From Kiritimatiellia bacterium (GTDB taxonomy: Bacteria > Verrucomicrobiota > Kiritimatiellia > RFP12 > UBA1067): a stretch of DNA of 26,526 bases. The position numbers and the translations under genes were made by a program. Each line of letters opens with the position of its first letter. The first letter of the stretch is position 1. Positions 9,501 through 16,317 of this stretch are shown here, piece after piece. The notes beneath the pieces were generated by a model. The model saw only the letters and a list, made by a program, of their open reading frames with translations, was not told the DNA's origin and made no database searches. The stretch spans positions 1 through 26,526 of the forward strand of contig JAFRNO010000625.1 of assembly GCA_017430155.1 (NCBI GenBank). Reading direction: 5' to 3'.

Positions 9501-12500
9501 TCGAGGCTGATCTTGTCGGGCTGGCCCTCCGCGTTGAACACCACGCCCGCGAAGTCGTGCTCCCACGGGTCGGGCAGGAGGTCGCCGTCGGTGTCCACCG
9601 TGCACGGGTTCAGGCCGCCGCCGCGGATGCAGATCGTGCCGTCGTCCTTCTCGGGCTTGCCGTCGTTCGGGCCGTAGATGAAGGTGTAAGTGTGCGCGTG
9701 CACGTCCTCGGACCCGACGTTGCCGTAGCGGAACGTCGCGGTCCACGTGTTGCCTTCGTCGCCGTCGAGGATGCCGTCGCCGTCCGTGTCGTTGTTCCAC
9801 GGGTCGGTCGGGAAGAACGTGTTGTACCATCCCTTCGCCAGTCCCGGGTGGTTGGCGTAGATCGTCGCCACGCCGTTGCCGTTCGTGGCGAACTCGTAGG
9901 CGTTGCAGGAATCGGTGCCGGCGTACTCGCCCACGAGGCCGAGTCCGTCGGTGCGGCCGTAGTCGGCGTCCTTGAGGTCGTCTTCGCCGGCGGAATTCGG
10001 GTTGTGGCGCACGTAGAGCTCCCATCCGTCCGGCACGCCGTCGCCGTCCGTGTCGGCGCCATGGTTCGTGTTCGAGTACGTGGTCGCGGTGCCGTTCGTG
10101 CCGCTGTTGCCGTCTTCGGTGTTGGACGAACCGGACGCGGACATGCCGAGGCTGCCGTACGTCTTCTCCTCGTACGGGACGTTCGGATTGGTCGTGCCGA
10201 GGTTGAGCACGTCCGCCATCGTCATCCTCTTGCTCGCGATGTTCGACTTGTCGCGGGACAGCGAGTAGGTCTTGTCGTCGGCGATGGAAGGATTCACCTT
10301 GTCGTGCGCCGGCATCGTGTTGTAGCGGTACTTGAGGAGGAGGTATTCATGGAGCGCCGTGAACGCAGCGGTGTTGACGGCCTTGCCGGTCTCGCCGGCG
10401 TACCGCGCCGTCGAATGGGTCGTGTTCCAGCGGTCCGCCACGAAGCCCTCCTTGTTCTTGTGCCACGCCGTGCGCGGGTCGAACCCGTACTGGGCGTAGA
10501 CCTGGTCGTGCACGAGGCGGAGGTGCTGGTTCGTGAGCGCGGCGATGCCGTCGCCGCCGTCGCCCTGCGCCGCGAGGACCGCGGCGATGTCGAGGACGTC
10601 CATCTTGTCAAGGTCAGGGATCGGCTTCGTGGCCGCGTCGGGCGAGCCAGAGAACGTCCCGCGGCTCACGGGCGTCCAGGGCGACTTGTCGTCGCCGTAG
10701 CGGTACACCTTCACGCCGGAGACGGTGCCGGTGGCCGCCTCGAGGAGAACCGACGTCTCGGGATCCACGATGCCGTTGCCGTTGTTCGGCACGGCCCAGA
10801 TCTCGGTGACCTTGTTCGTGGTGAAGGAGAGGATCGCGTAGTCCTCCTCGAGGTCGACGAGGGCCATGAAGTCGCCGTCGGCGTTGGCGTCCGCGTCCTT
10901 CTTGAGCGGGTCGAGGCCGCGCAGGATCTCCCAGAGGTCGCTCATGCCGTCGCCGTCGGAGTCCCAGTGCACGGGATTCGTGCCGGCGGCGAGTTCTTCA
11001 AGGTCCGTCAGGCCGTCGCCGTCCGTGTCGCGCTCGGCGGCCTCCAGGTCTCCGGCGGCCACGGTCGGGTTGAACGCGGCGGCGATGTCGTCGGCGGAAA
11101 TCGGGATGCCCTTCGCGATGTCGTCCAGCTGGAACTTCTCGCCCTCCAGGCGCTTCCACTCGCCCTTGTCGTCCACCCAGCCCACGGTGGACATGTACCA
11201 GAAATAGTATTCGAAGCCGTCCGGGAATCCGTCGCCGTCCGTGTCGTCAATCGTCGGGTCGGTGCGGTTCTCGGGGATCCAGCACAGATCCTTGTTCAGG
11301 CCCTGCGTCCAGTTCGCGACGGCGGCCGCGTAGGTGTCGTTCGTCGGATCGGGCAGCGGCCACGTGAACTCGTGGATGCCGCGCTGCTTGTTGACGTACG
11401 CGATCGCGTTCGACTCGGCCGGCGAGAACGCCGGATCGGAGACCCACTTGCCGCGGACGTTGTAGTTCAGCCCGTCGGACTTCTCGCGGTAGTTGAGGTG
11501 CTGGTCGAAGCCGCGGATCTCCAGCTCCGCCGTGAACGGCTGGCCCACCGTCGTCCAGCTGTCCGCCGTGATGAGGATGTTGCCGCTCGTCACGGAGTCG
11601 GCCGGCAGGAAGTCGCCGTCGCCGTTGAAGCCCTTGAGGCCCGGGCGGACGTCCGCCGCCATCGCGCCGCCGGCGTCCTCGCCGCCGCCGCTCTCCTGGC
11701 CGCCGTTCGCGAACACGTAGAGCTTGCCGCCGTCGAACGTGTAGTTCACGGCGAAGACGTCGGGGATGCCGTCCTGGTTGATGTCGCCGACGTTGTCGCT
11801 CGGCAGGAACTCCTTCGAGAAGATGGCCTCGAGCATCGTGTCATCGTATTGCTTGCGGTCCTCCTCGTATTCGGGCAGGCCGACGACCTGCTGGCCGTCC
11901 CAGTTGGACTCGACCGCCGGCAGGAACGTGCCGTTCAGCAGCGAGCCCGTGCGGCTGCCGGCGCCGCCCTCGCCCGCCGTGTTGAGGATCCAGCAGTAGA
12001 AGAAGCTGTCGAGGCCGTCCAGGTCGTCATAGGTGTAGTACGTGGAATAGACGCCGTTCTTGTAGTGGTTGCCGCCCGCGTCGATGACGATGTCGGTGCC
12101 CGGCTGCAGCGAGCCGTTGTCGACGTCGCCCATCTTGTAGCCGCGCGCATAGACCTTCGCGGTCGAACGCGTGGGCGCATACGTGTACTCGTGCTCGAAA
12201 TTGCGGAACTCGAGGACCTCGCCGTCGCTCCAGACGCGGCCTTCGCCGATGCCGCGCGCCCCCGTGTAGTACGCGGAGAACGAGGAGGAGTTGCCGGCGC
12301 GCGGCCGGCGCGGGTAGATGACCAGCGACTTCGAGGGCGACACGTAGTAGCGCCAGGTCTTCACCTCGGAGACGCCGTTGTCCTTGTCCGAGACGGTCAG
12401 CGTGACCGAATGCGAGCCGGCGCTCGAGAACGAGAACGCAGGCGACCGCAGGCCGCTGCGGGTCACGTACTGGCCCGAACCGGTGGCGGTGACCGGATAG

Positions 12501-15500
12501 TTGGTGGTGAAGCCCTCGCTCGTCGTCCAGGTCACGGTCAGGCCGGCCGCGAAGTCCGGCGGCACGTCCTTGATGTCGTAGGTGATCTGGAAAGGAGCCT
12601 CCTTCGTCACGGGGAACTCGTTCGTGGAGACGTACGTCGTGATCTGCGGGGGCTCGTTCTCGACGTAGATCGTCATCGTGGCCGGGGCGTAGAGGTCCCT
12701 CCACGCCACGCCGTCCGAGTTGACCGTCGTGTTGGTCACGTACGCCGTCAGGAGGTAGCCGTCGCTCCCGCCGTCGGCCGTGCCGTCGAGTTCCTTGAAG
12801 AACACGGACTGGCGCATCTGGCTGCCGCCGTTGTACTCGATGTCGTACGAGTTGAGGACGGGGAGGGGATAGTTCCCCGTGTCCGTCCCGACGCGGCTCA
12901 CGTCGATGTGCACGGTGATGTTCGTCGTCGGGAGCATCGTGAGGTCCACGTTGACCTTTCCGAGCGTGGCGCCGGTCGAGCTCTCGGTGAACACCTCCAG
13001 GCCGTTCAGCGTCGACAGGTTGATGGCCGGCTTGTCGTCCACGATGACCGTGAACGTGAACATGTTGGATTCGTCTTCCGTCCAGTATTCGCCGGCGAGC
13101 TCGTACATGTCCTTGTCGCGCATCTCCACCGTCACGGTGCAGACGCCCGCCTTCGTGAACTTGTGGCCGAAGCTCATCACCTGGGGCGGACCGTAGACGA
13201 TCACCTCGGGATCCGACGTGCCGTCCTCGTACGAGAACGTCCACCGCGTCGTGAACGCCTTCGCGGGATTCGTGTACCAGTTCGACTCGTCGCCGTCCTC
13301 GTCCGCGTAGAGGTCGAGGCGGGACGGCTCGCCCTCGCCGCGGGTACCGACGGACGCGGACAGCGTCTTCGTCACGTCGCGCGAGACGTGGTACCGCATC
13401 TGGCCGCCGTTCACTCTCAGCTGCGGCTGCCCGCTCATCGTCACGGCGACCGCGCGCGGCGCCACGTTCGTCACGCTGAACTCGAACGGGTGGTCCGTGC
13501 CCCACTCGGTCACGAGCTCGCCTTCCTCGAGGGTCTCGCCCGTGCGGATGACCGCCTGGAACTTCAGCTTGTCGGAGGCCCTCAGCAGGTCGTTCTCGCG
13601 GCCGTCCAGCAGCTTCATGGCGATCTTGACGCTCGTCTCGTCCTCCGTGACCTCGATGCCGCGGCGCCAGTCGCCGTCGTCTTCGAGGTCGGCCGCCGCG
13701 CACACGGCGAGGTTGGAGGCGTTCGCGTTCTGCGGAATCAGGAAGAGGTAGGCCGAGCTCTGCGTATACCGCGTCGGCATGGAGAAGCCGCCCGCGAACG
13801 TGACCTCCACGACGTCGATGCCGTCGCCGTAGGCGCATTCGGGAAGCTTCGGCGCCGTCGGCTTGCACTTCATGCCCGTCGACGGCGGCGCCGTCACGTT
13901 CCAGACGACGACCGTGTCGGGCGAGGACTTGCCGCTGTCGCGGTTCACCACGTGGAACCAGTTCGAGTAGACGCCGGCCGGCTTGTTGATCGGGATGGGC
14001 ACGGAGAACGAGACGGACGACCCGTTCTGGATCCGGTTCACGGTCACGCCCTCGCTGATGGGCGTGTACGCCTCGGACGAGGCGGGCGTGTAGTCGTAGG
14101 CCCACTCGATCGTGTAGGGGCCGTCACGCTCGCCCCAGGCGTCCGCGACCTCGATCGTGAACTGCTTGGGCGTGCCGGCCTCGGCCGCGTACGTGCTCGA
14201 CAGGTCCGTCACGATCGTCGGCGTGCTGGGCGAGATGTAGACGGTCGCGGCCGTGAACTTGCCCGTGAAATACGCCTTCGCCGCCGCGTCCAGCCGGTTC
14301 GTGTCAACCTCCACGACGAGGCCGGCCTGCGTGTCGACGTTGCCGCGGTTCGCGTACAGGTAGAGCACGCCGCGGCCGCTGGAATCGGTCGCCGACGCCG
14401 TCTGCTCGCCGGCGCGGACCATGATCGTGTCGTCCCAGGTCTCGTTGCCGCCGCTGTCGCTCCACGAAAGCCCGATGTAGTCCTGCGGGTTGAGGCTGGC
14501 GTCGCTGCGCATCGTCACCTTCACGGGAATCTCGAGGTCGCTCGAGTAGGGCGCCGTCAGCGACAGGTTGACGGCCACCCGCGCCGAGGCGTCGGCAAGC
14601 GCCGTGACCGACTGCTCCTGCACGCCGTTCACCGTCACGGAGATGCTGGGCGGCAGGGGCTCGCCCACCTGGACCGTGCGCCAGATGAAGTTGGTCACGA
14701 GGTCGTGCGCCGCGTTGTAGGTGTTCGTGGGCGAGGCGGAGACGAAGACCTTCGTCGTGGCGTTCGTGGCGCCCGTCGCCTTGAGGAGGAACGGAACGGT
14801 TTCGTTGCCCTGGTAGACGTGTATCTCGCCCACCTTGCGCGTCACGCCGTCGCCGAACAGGTACTCGCGGACGTTCTCCACCTGGCCGCCCGCCGCGACC
14901 TCGGCGACGGACTCGCTTTCCGTCCACACGTAGAGGATGAAGTTCGTGGTCGAGGCGAGCCCGCCCGCGAACGCGAGCGCGGGCACGCCCGGATCCGCGG
15001 TGGTCGATCCCTGGGCGACCTTGCGCCAGATGCCCGCGTCCGCGTCGTAATAGGTCGAGTCGAAGTCGACGGCCTGCACGTAGACGCCCGCCTTCGAGAG
15101 GTCCATGTCGCGGTTTTCCCTGTTCTGGACGCCGTCCCAGGACGTGATGTCGTCGCCGGGCGGATAGAAGTCCGAGTCGTCGCCGAGGCTCGCCGGGCCG
15201 AACATGAAGTCGGCCTTCACGCTCTTCGTCAGGCTGTCCTTGATTTCCCAGCTCACAGGCTCGCCGCCGCACTTCAGGTAATACGCCTCGGGATCGCTCG
15301 CGCTCACGGGCCCCGTGCCGGACGCGTTGGCGAGCTGCAGGGGCAGGGCGATGTCGCCGGGCTGGACCGTGTACTCGAAGACGAGGTCCGTGAAGTGCTT
15401 CTTGCCCTGAAACTCGGCGGAGAGCCAGTCGGATGCGACGTTCATCGGGAAGTTCACGCACTCCGCCTCGCGGACGCGGCCGCTGATCCACAGTCCGAGG

Positions 15501-15811
15501 CGCGGTTTGTTCGCCGCAATCTGCATCAACTGGTCCAACGTCTCGTTGCCCGTCGTCGGGTAGACGAACGTCCACGGGTTCTCGACGCCCTCGTCATCGG
15601 TCACCTTCCAGTTGATGTTCGCCAGGTGGAACCGGATCTGGATCGTCTGGCCGACCGACAAGGGGGCGTTCGGGTTGGGGAACGTGCAGGTCTCGATGTC
15701 GGGCACCTCGACCGAACGGATCTTGCCCGTCGCCTGGGCCGCCTGGGGCGCGGTGCACAGCAGCGCTGCAAGGACCGTGGCGCAGATGCCTGTCGTTTTC
15801 TTCATGTTCAT
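3590..15811 (-). CDS. Giant secreted/surface protein (4073 aa) with Ig/PKD-like region, bacterial TSP3-like Ca-binding repeats, LamG-like domain and C-terminal beta-domain
   Basis: SD AAGGAAGG 9 nt before ATG and signal peptide MNMKKTTGICATVLAALLCTAPQAAQA. About 15 D-x-D-x-D-G-x-x-D/N-x-x-E motifs counted by eye. LamG motifs FTAEAWV, WTHVALTYDG, LYVDGK, GYVDEVRVW (~7620-8285). PKD-like segments AGSHSVTLTVSDKD and AGVCTVTVEMRDKD. Confidence 0.9.
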   Translation of the reverse strand: MNMKKTTGICATVLAALLCTAPQAAQATGKIRSVEVPDIETCTFPNPNAPLSVGQTIQIRFHLANINWKVTDDEGVENPWTFVYPTTGNETLDQLMQIAANKPRLGLWISGRVREAECVNFPMNVASDWLSAEFQGKKHFTDLVFEYTVQPGDIALPLQLANASGTGPVSASDPEAYYLKCGGEPVSWEIKDSLTKSVKADFMFGPASLGDDSDFYPPGDDITSWDGVQNRENRDMDLSKAGVYVQAVDFDSTYYDADAGIWRKVAQGSTTADPGVPALAFAGGLASTTNFILYVWTESESVAEVAAGGQVENVREYLFGDGVTRKVGEIHVYQGNETVPFLLKATGATNATTKVFVSASPTNTYNAAHDLVTNFIWRTVQVGEPLPPSISVTVNGVQEQSVTALADASARVAVNLSLTAPYSSDLEIPVKVTMRSDASLNPQDYIGLSWSDSGGNETWDDTIMVRAGEQTASATDSSGRGVLYLYANRGNVDTQAGLVVEVDTNRLDAAAKAYFTGKFTAATVYISPSTPTIVTDLSSTYAAEAGTPKQFTIEVADAWGERDGPYTIEWAYDYTPASSEAYTPISEGVTVNRIQNGSSVSFSVPIPINKPAGVYSNWFHVVNRDSGKSSPDTVVVWNVTAPPSTGMKCKPTAPKLPECAYGDGIDVVEVTFAGGFSMPTRYTQSSAYLFLIPQNANASNLAVCAAADLEDDGDWRRGIEVTEDETSVKIAMKLLDGRENDLLRASDKLKFQAVIRTGETLEEGELVTEWGTDHPFEFSVTNVAPRAVAVTMSGQPQLRVNGGQMRYHVSRDVTKTLSASVGTRGEGEPSRLDLYADEDGDESNWYTNPAKAFTTRWTFSYEDGTSDPEVIVYGPPQVMSFGHKFTKAGVCTVTVEMRDKDMYELAGEYWTEDESNMFTFTVIVDDKPAINLSTLNGLEVFTESSTGATLGKVNVDLTMLPTTNITVHIDVSRVGTDTGNYPLPVLNSYDIEYNGGSQMRQSVFFKELDGTADGGSDGYLLTAYVTNTTVNSDGVAWRDLYAPATMTIYVENEPPQITTYVSTNEFPVTKEAPFQITYDIKDVPPDFAAGLTVTWTTSEGFTTNYPVTATGSGQYVTRSGLRSPAFSFSSAGSHSVTLTVSDKDNGVSEVKTWRYYVSPSKSLVIYPRRPRAGNSSSFSAYYTGARGIGEGRVWSDGEVLEFRNFEHEYTYAPTRSTAKVYARGYKMGDVDNGSLQPGTDIVIDAGGNHYKNGVYSTYYTYDDLDGLDSFFYCWILNTAGEGGAGSRTGSLLNGTFLPAVESNWDGQQVVGLPEYEEDRKQYDDTMLEAIFSKEFLPSDNVGDINQDGIPDVFAVNYTFDGGKLYVFANGGQESGGGEDAGGAMAADVRPGLKGFNGDGDFLPADSVTSGNILITADSWTTVGQPFTAELEIRGFDQHLNYREKSDGLNYNVRGKWVSDPAFSPAESNAIAYVNKQRGIHEFTWPLPDPTNDTYAAAVANWTQGLNKDLCWIPENRTDPTIDDTDGDGFPDGFEYYFWYMSTVGWVDDKGEWKRLEGEKFQLDDIAKGIPISADDIAAAFNPTVAAGDLEAAERDTDGDGLTDLEELAAGTNPVHWDSDGDGMSDLWEILRGLDPLKKDADANADGDFMALVDLEEDYAILSFTTNKVTEIWAVPNNGNGIVDPETSVLLEAATGTVSGVKVYRYGDDKSPWTPVSRGTFSGSPDAATKPIPDLDKMDVLDIAAVLAAQGDGGDGIAALTNQHLRLVHDQVYAQYGFDPRTAWHKNKEGFVADRWNTTHSTARYAGETGKAVNTAAFTALHEYLLLKYRYNTMPAHDKVNPSIADDKTYSLSRDKSNIASKRMTMADVLNLGTTNPNVPYEEKTYGSLGMSASGSSNTEDGNSGTNGTATTYSNTNHGADTDGDGVPDGWELYVRHNPNSAGEDDLKDADYGRTDGLGLVGEYAGTDSCNAYEFATNGNGVATIYANHPGLAKGWYNTFFPTDPWNNDTDGDGILDGDEGNTWTATFRYGNVGSEDVHAHTYTFIYGPNDGKPEKDDGTICIRGGGLNPCTVDTDGDLLPDPWEHDFAGVVFNAEGQPDKISLDEGLVRLIRRSDGLKSDATAKQPYITAGMDGTHGFRMEDAVQTGDAYTSTRYTDPFTGTKRNYDFDHDGLQNFQEYLVQSLRHLRYDDKDTPLMGQWMPDGTPRTRQFFAFVPMNIMDGETFYAKVKAAGFPATGAWKFRELGYFARPPHEWDLVAQNRSSENLVAYDPYGFRVMLRPQFNIGGSTVAATTYCSTDPRMFDTDQDGLDDYYEIFHGLNPLLGSVGDPSLGSIANDVIAQAYGGKIAWWSNAWTGWPMMPTFGDGNSPYDAMKYPWMMGTPEADADGDGLVNSEEGVYVNLSTPRPSHTDPTPLWMTDSTSPGNASYTVQYYQMDPDQMVPDFALNVYPWNWNTSDGSANEKEKFWMFAFEENEGYDTDHDGLNDLSERTTTATVASDPLNFTDPDRRQALWFPGANSAAISYNSTFRRQVDLEYSFLKRFTAEAWVCPEDVTREQVIFERTVNCTPTTLSNNVAKIRANFRIGLTADGRLYGQFDTTDAIDTGSGDSSPKVVSVFTQEAGKWTHVALTYDGAVMTLYVDGKVAGTFQTTLAPANGILVLAQDAVPDNAAFPVLRNGYEVQPSAVVLGARAAGAKAFELSDKTTWDDFDSFYSGYVDEVRVWDDARTAVQIVDSMNRRYSFADVKALRQEVYNSWRQGGTRNNNDGYPNLPPELVLHYNFQTLYGAADAADVAVEPVGFTKNVIDNVRVDGGYVPGGLYCGWWSALQNTVGSTVYNNYHLVPWIPNTCAHLPFMDGSSPDSQYWSEYFGGVAYAWEVLPELSITSSVAEPTFQYANTANPYPYYNYIGDRTYHGNALSMLADLDSSCSDKYSLWRFEARTGLVGCSDLVPLGGAFAKRATEMWDGDGAASAWELAGWDDDSDGIPDWWEAVAIANYGAAEGFTWDSLVVYNGVEMTAREAYLRDLANGMMPDGTVDPNYRTQTDTNNNGLPDWWENLNGVTSALEDSDGDGLSNYAEYLIGECFVQYGFPRVKPTMPHSLGQAVPDYFLRVGKLYLGEMFTDHDMIEDLWEDQYDVNAISRYVWDALRDPDDDGWSNFAEARAGTDPTRQNVNAIDDFSVAHYPVPTISATIVYNGQDTLNYPIVVEAYSLNSGEAGIPDAIWATGSSEGLTKYIGLNPNTSWKTTLGPGSVRPGSTKVYFKDPNWMSGPVTNRTYGTLDTAVWQGVVEDRIHPGSTVLGDLVVRTSDAAGETVGTINYETGEVNLDFTALQGLMQITESSGSGSSSSGNSTRIIHLATSYVYLEWKSAVPTGNSRITLSLAESLPSSDVFKSRGHVREGQNLFAVYLDKNSDNKWTPGEPYGVVRKVDVGWANASFTVELTDTAVQTYRINLAEAFASNDFESQRAINDRGVVGYPGGQNIQVNAPGENMPGETESSVRLRVVRSSINGRYQANSAYATETVLDTVVHPGDNPFFTEKNLKTSVDLDWSTLATRASAMGISVASITNVTYRLVVGDGSVSATETNNSLATLFRNVYELGAAGAQTKCVPRSPKGSIYSGQPTFEWQHPNTIGKAYPAFRLRVWDAAGSTIVYDSGVQPAPARNAKGEYSWTAPIYANTPTPKGVIFATTNNYQWSVSMLDAKFTTVNSSETKQPFRLEASGALGTVSDYGRIYARVKYFGPGARSANPSAGVEKLIRVQAFTSPDFSGQPAGEGWVTNTANLGSADDASKAANAVIIGVPPGTYYVRAFLDTNGNCSKDNWETWGYGCYVGAADAPYANVLRGGESVSAVDFPFTPRPYVVTAGAEPPLAEIYLEDADTDNDGLPDVYEWEQKESLGSLSSPNGNTFFTKVNPNLATTVKAYTQLGARAVGNNTYAAMTLMSVLLSDADPAVTASAAALLSAAPDAPVVEERTVVTIKSFSLDEGVQIAVETVVPSVVSGQSVVIVGDEAQVDLYLSCASSVDFADAVEVKVKSFTIRANDTTTLSVTAEELAAAKARMPEARFFKAVIK

Positions 15812-15837
15812 GTTGGACCGCCTTCCTTCTTGGTAAA

Positions 15838-16317
15838 TCAGTTTTGCTCCGCGGCCGCGCCCCGTGCGCGGTCTTCTGCGGCTTTACGTTGTGCATGACG
15901 GGCGCGAATCATTTCCCGCGCCTTCGAAAAATCGTTCGCCTCGGCCCTGAGCTTCGCCTGCTCCCGCGCCAGTTCCCGGTAGGCCGGGTACTTCTGCGGG
16001 TTGGCCTTGAGCTCGGTCCGCACCTGCTCGGGCGTGGCGCCGGCCGGCAACGCCGCGCGCGCGCGCGCCTCCTGCTCGCGCAACCCCATCTCCACGCGCG
16101 CCAGGGCCTTGCCCTTTTCCTGCCTCTCCGCCACCGCCTGGCGCAGCGCCGCGACATAGCGCTCCTCCGCGGACGGCGCCGCGACGTTCGTCGCCGCGGG
16201 CGCGGGAGCGGACGGACGCGCGGGGGCGCGCGCCTCCTCGGACGCGCGGTCGCACCCGACCACGCACGCGCACAGCGCCAGCGCGGCCAGGAGGCCGTAT
16301 GGACGCTTAGTCGTCAT
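15838..16317 (-). CDS. Predicted lipoprotein, helical/coiled-coil, unknown function (159 aa)
   Basis: Basic N-terminus, hydrophobic stretch and lipobox-like VVG-C, then an Ala/Pro linker and a heptad-rich helix. The start overlaps the end of the peptidase gene by 11 nt. Confidence 0.75.
   Translation of the reverse strand: MTTKRPYGLLAALALCACVVGCDRASEEARAPARPSAPAPAATNVAAPSAEERYVAALRQAVAERQEKGKALARVEMGLREQEARARAALPAGATPEQVRTELKANPQKYPAYRELAREQAKLRAEANDFSKAREMIRARHAQRKAAEDRARGAAAEQN

Noticed and set aside
11644-11657. 14-bp perfect palindrome GGCGGACGTCCGCC in the giant gene
   Set aside because: No GGAG/GTAG foot, and plausible by chance in GC-rich coding DNA.
4922-15898. 3658-aa plus-strand ORF and the other long plus-strand ORFs (346-2544, 2568-3761, 16517-19666, 19786-21345, 23565-25235)
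   Set aside because: These are antisense shadows of high-GC3 genes. They are R/V/G/A-rich, carry no motifs and lie opposite well-supported CDSs.
16217-16238. GGAG-GCGCGCG-CCCC-CGCGCGT hairpin in the lipoprotein
   Set aside because: Arises from low-complexity Glu/Ala/Arg/Pro linker codons with a CG-dinucleotide stem, so it is not counted as a REP.
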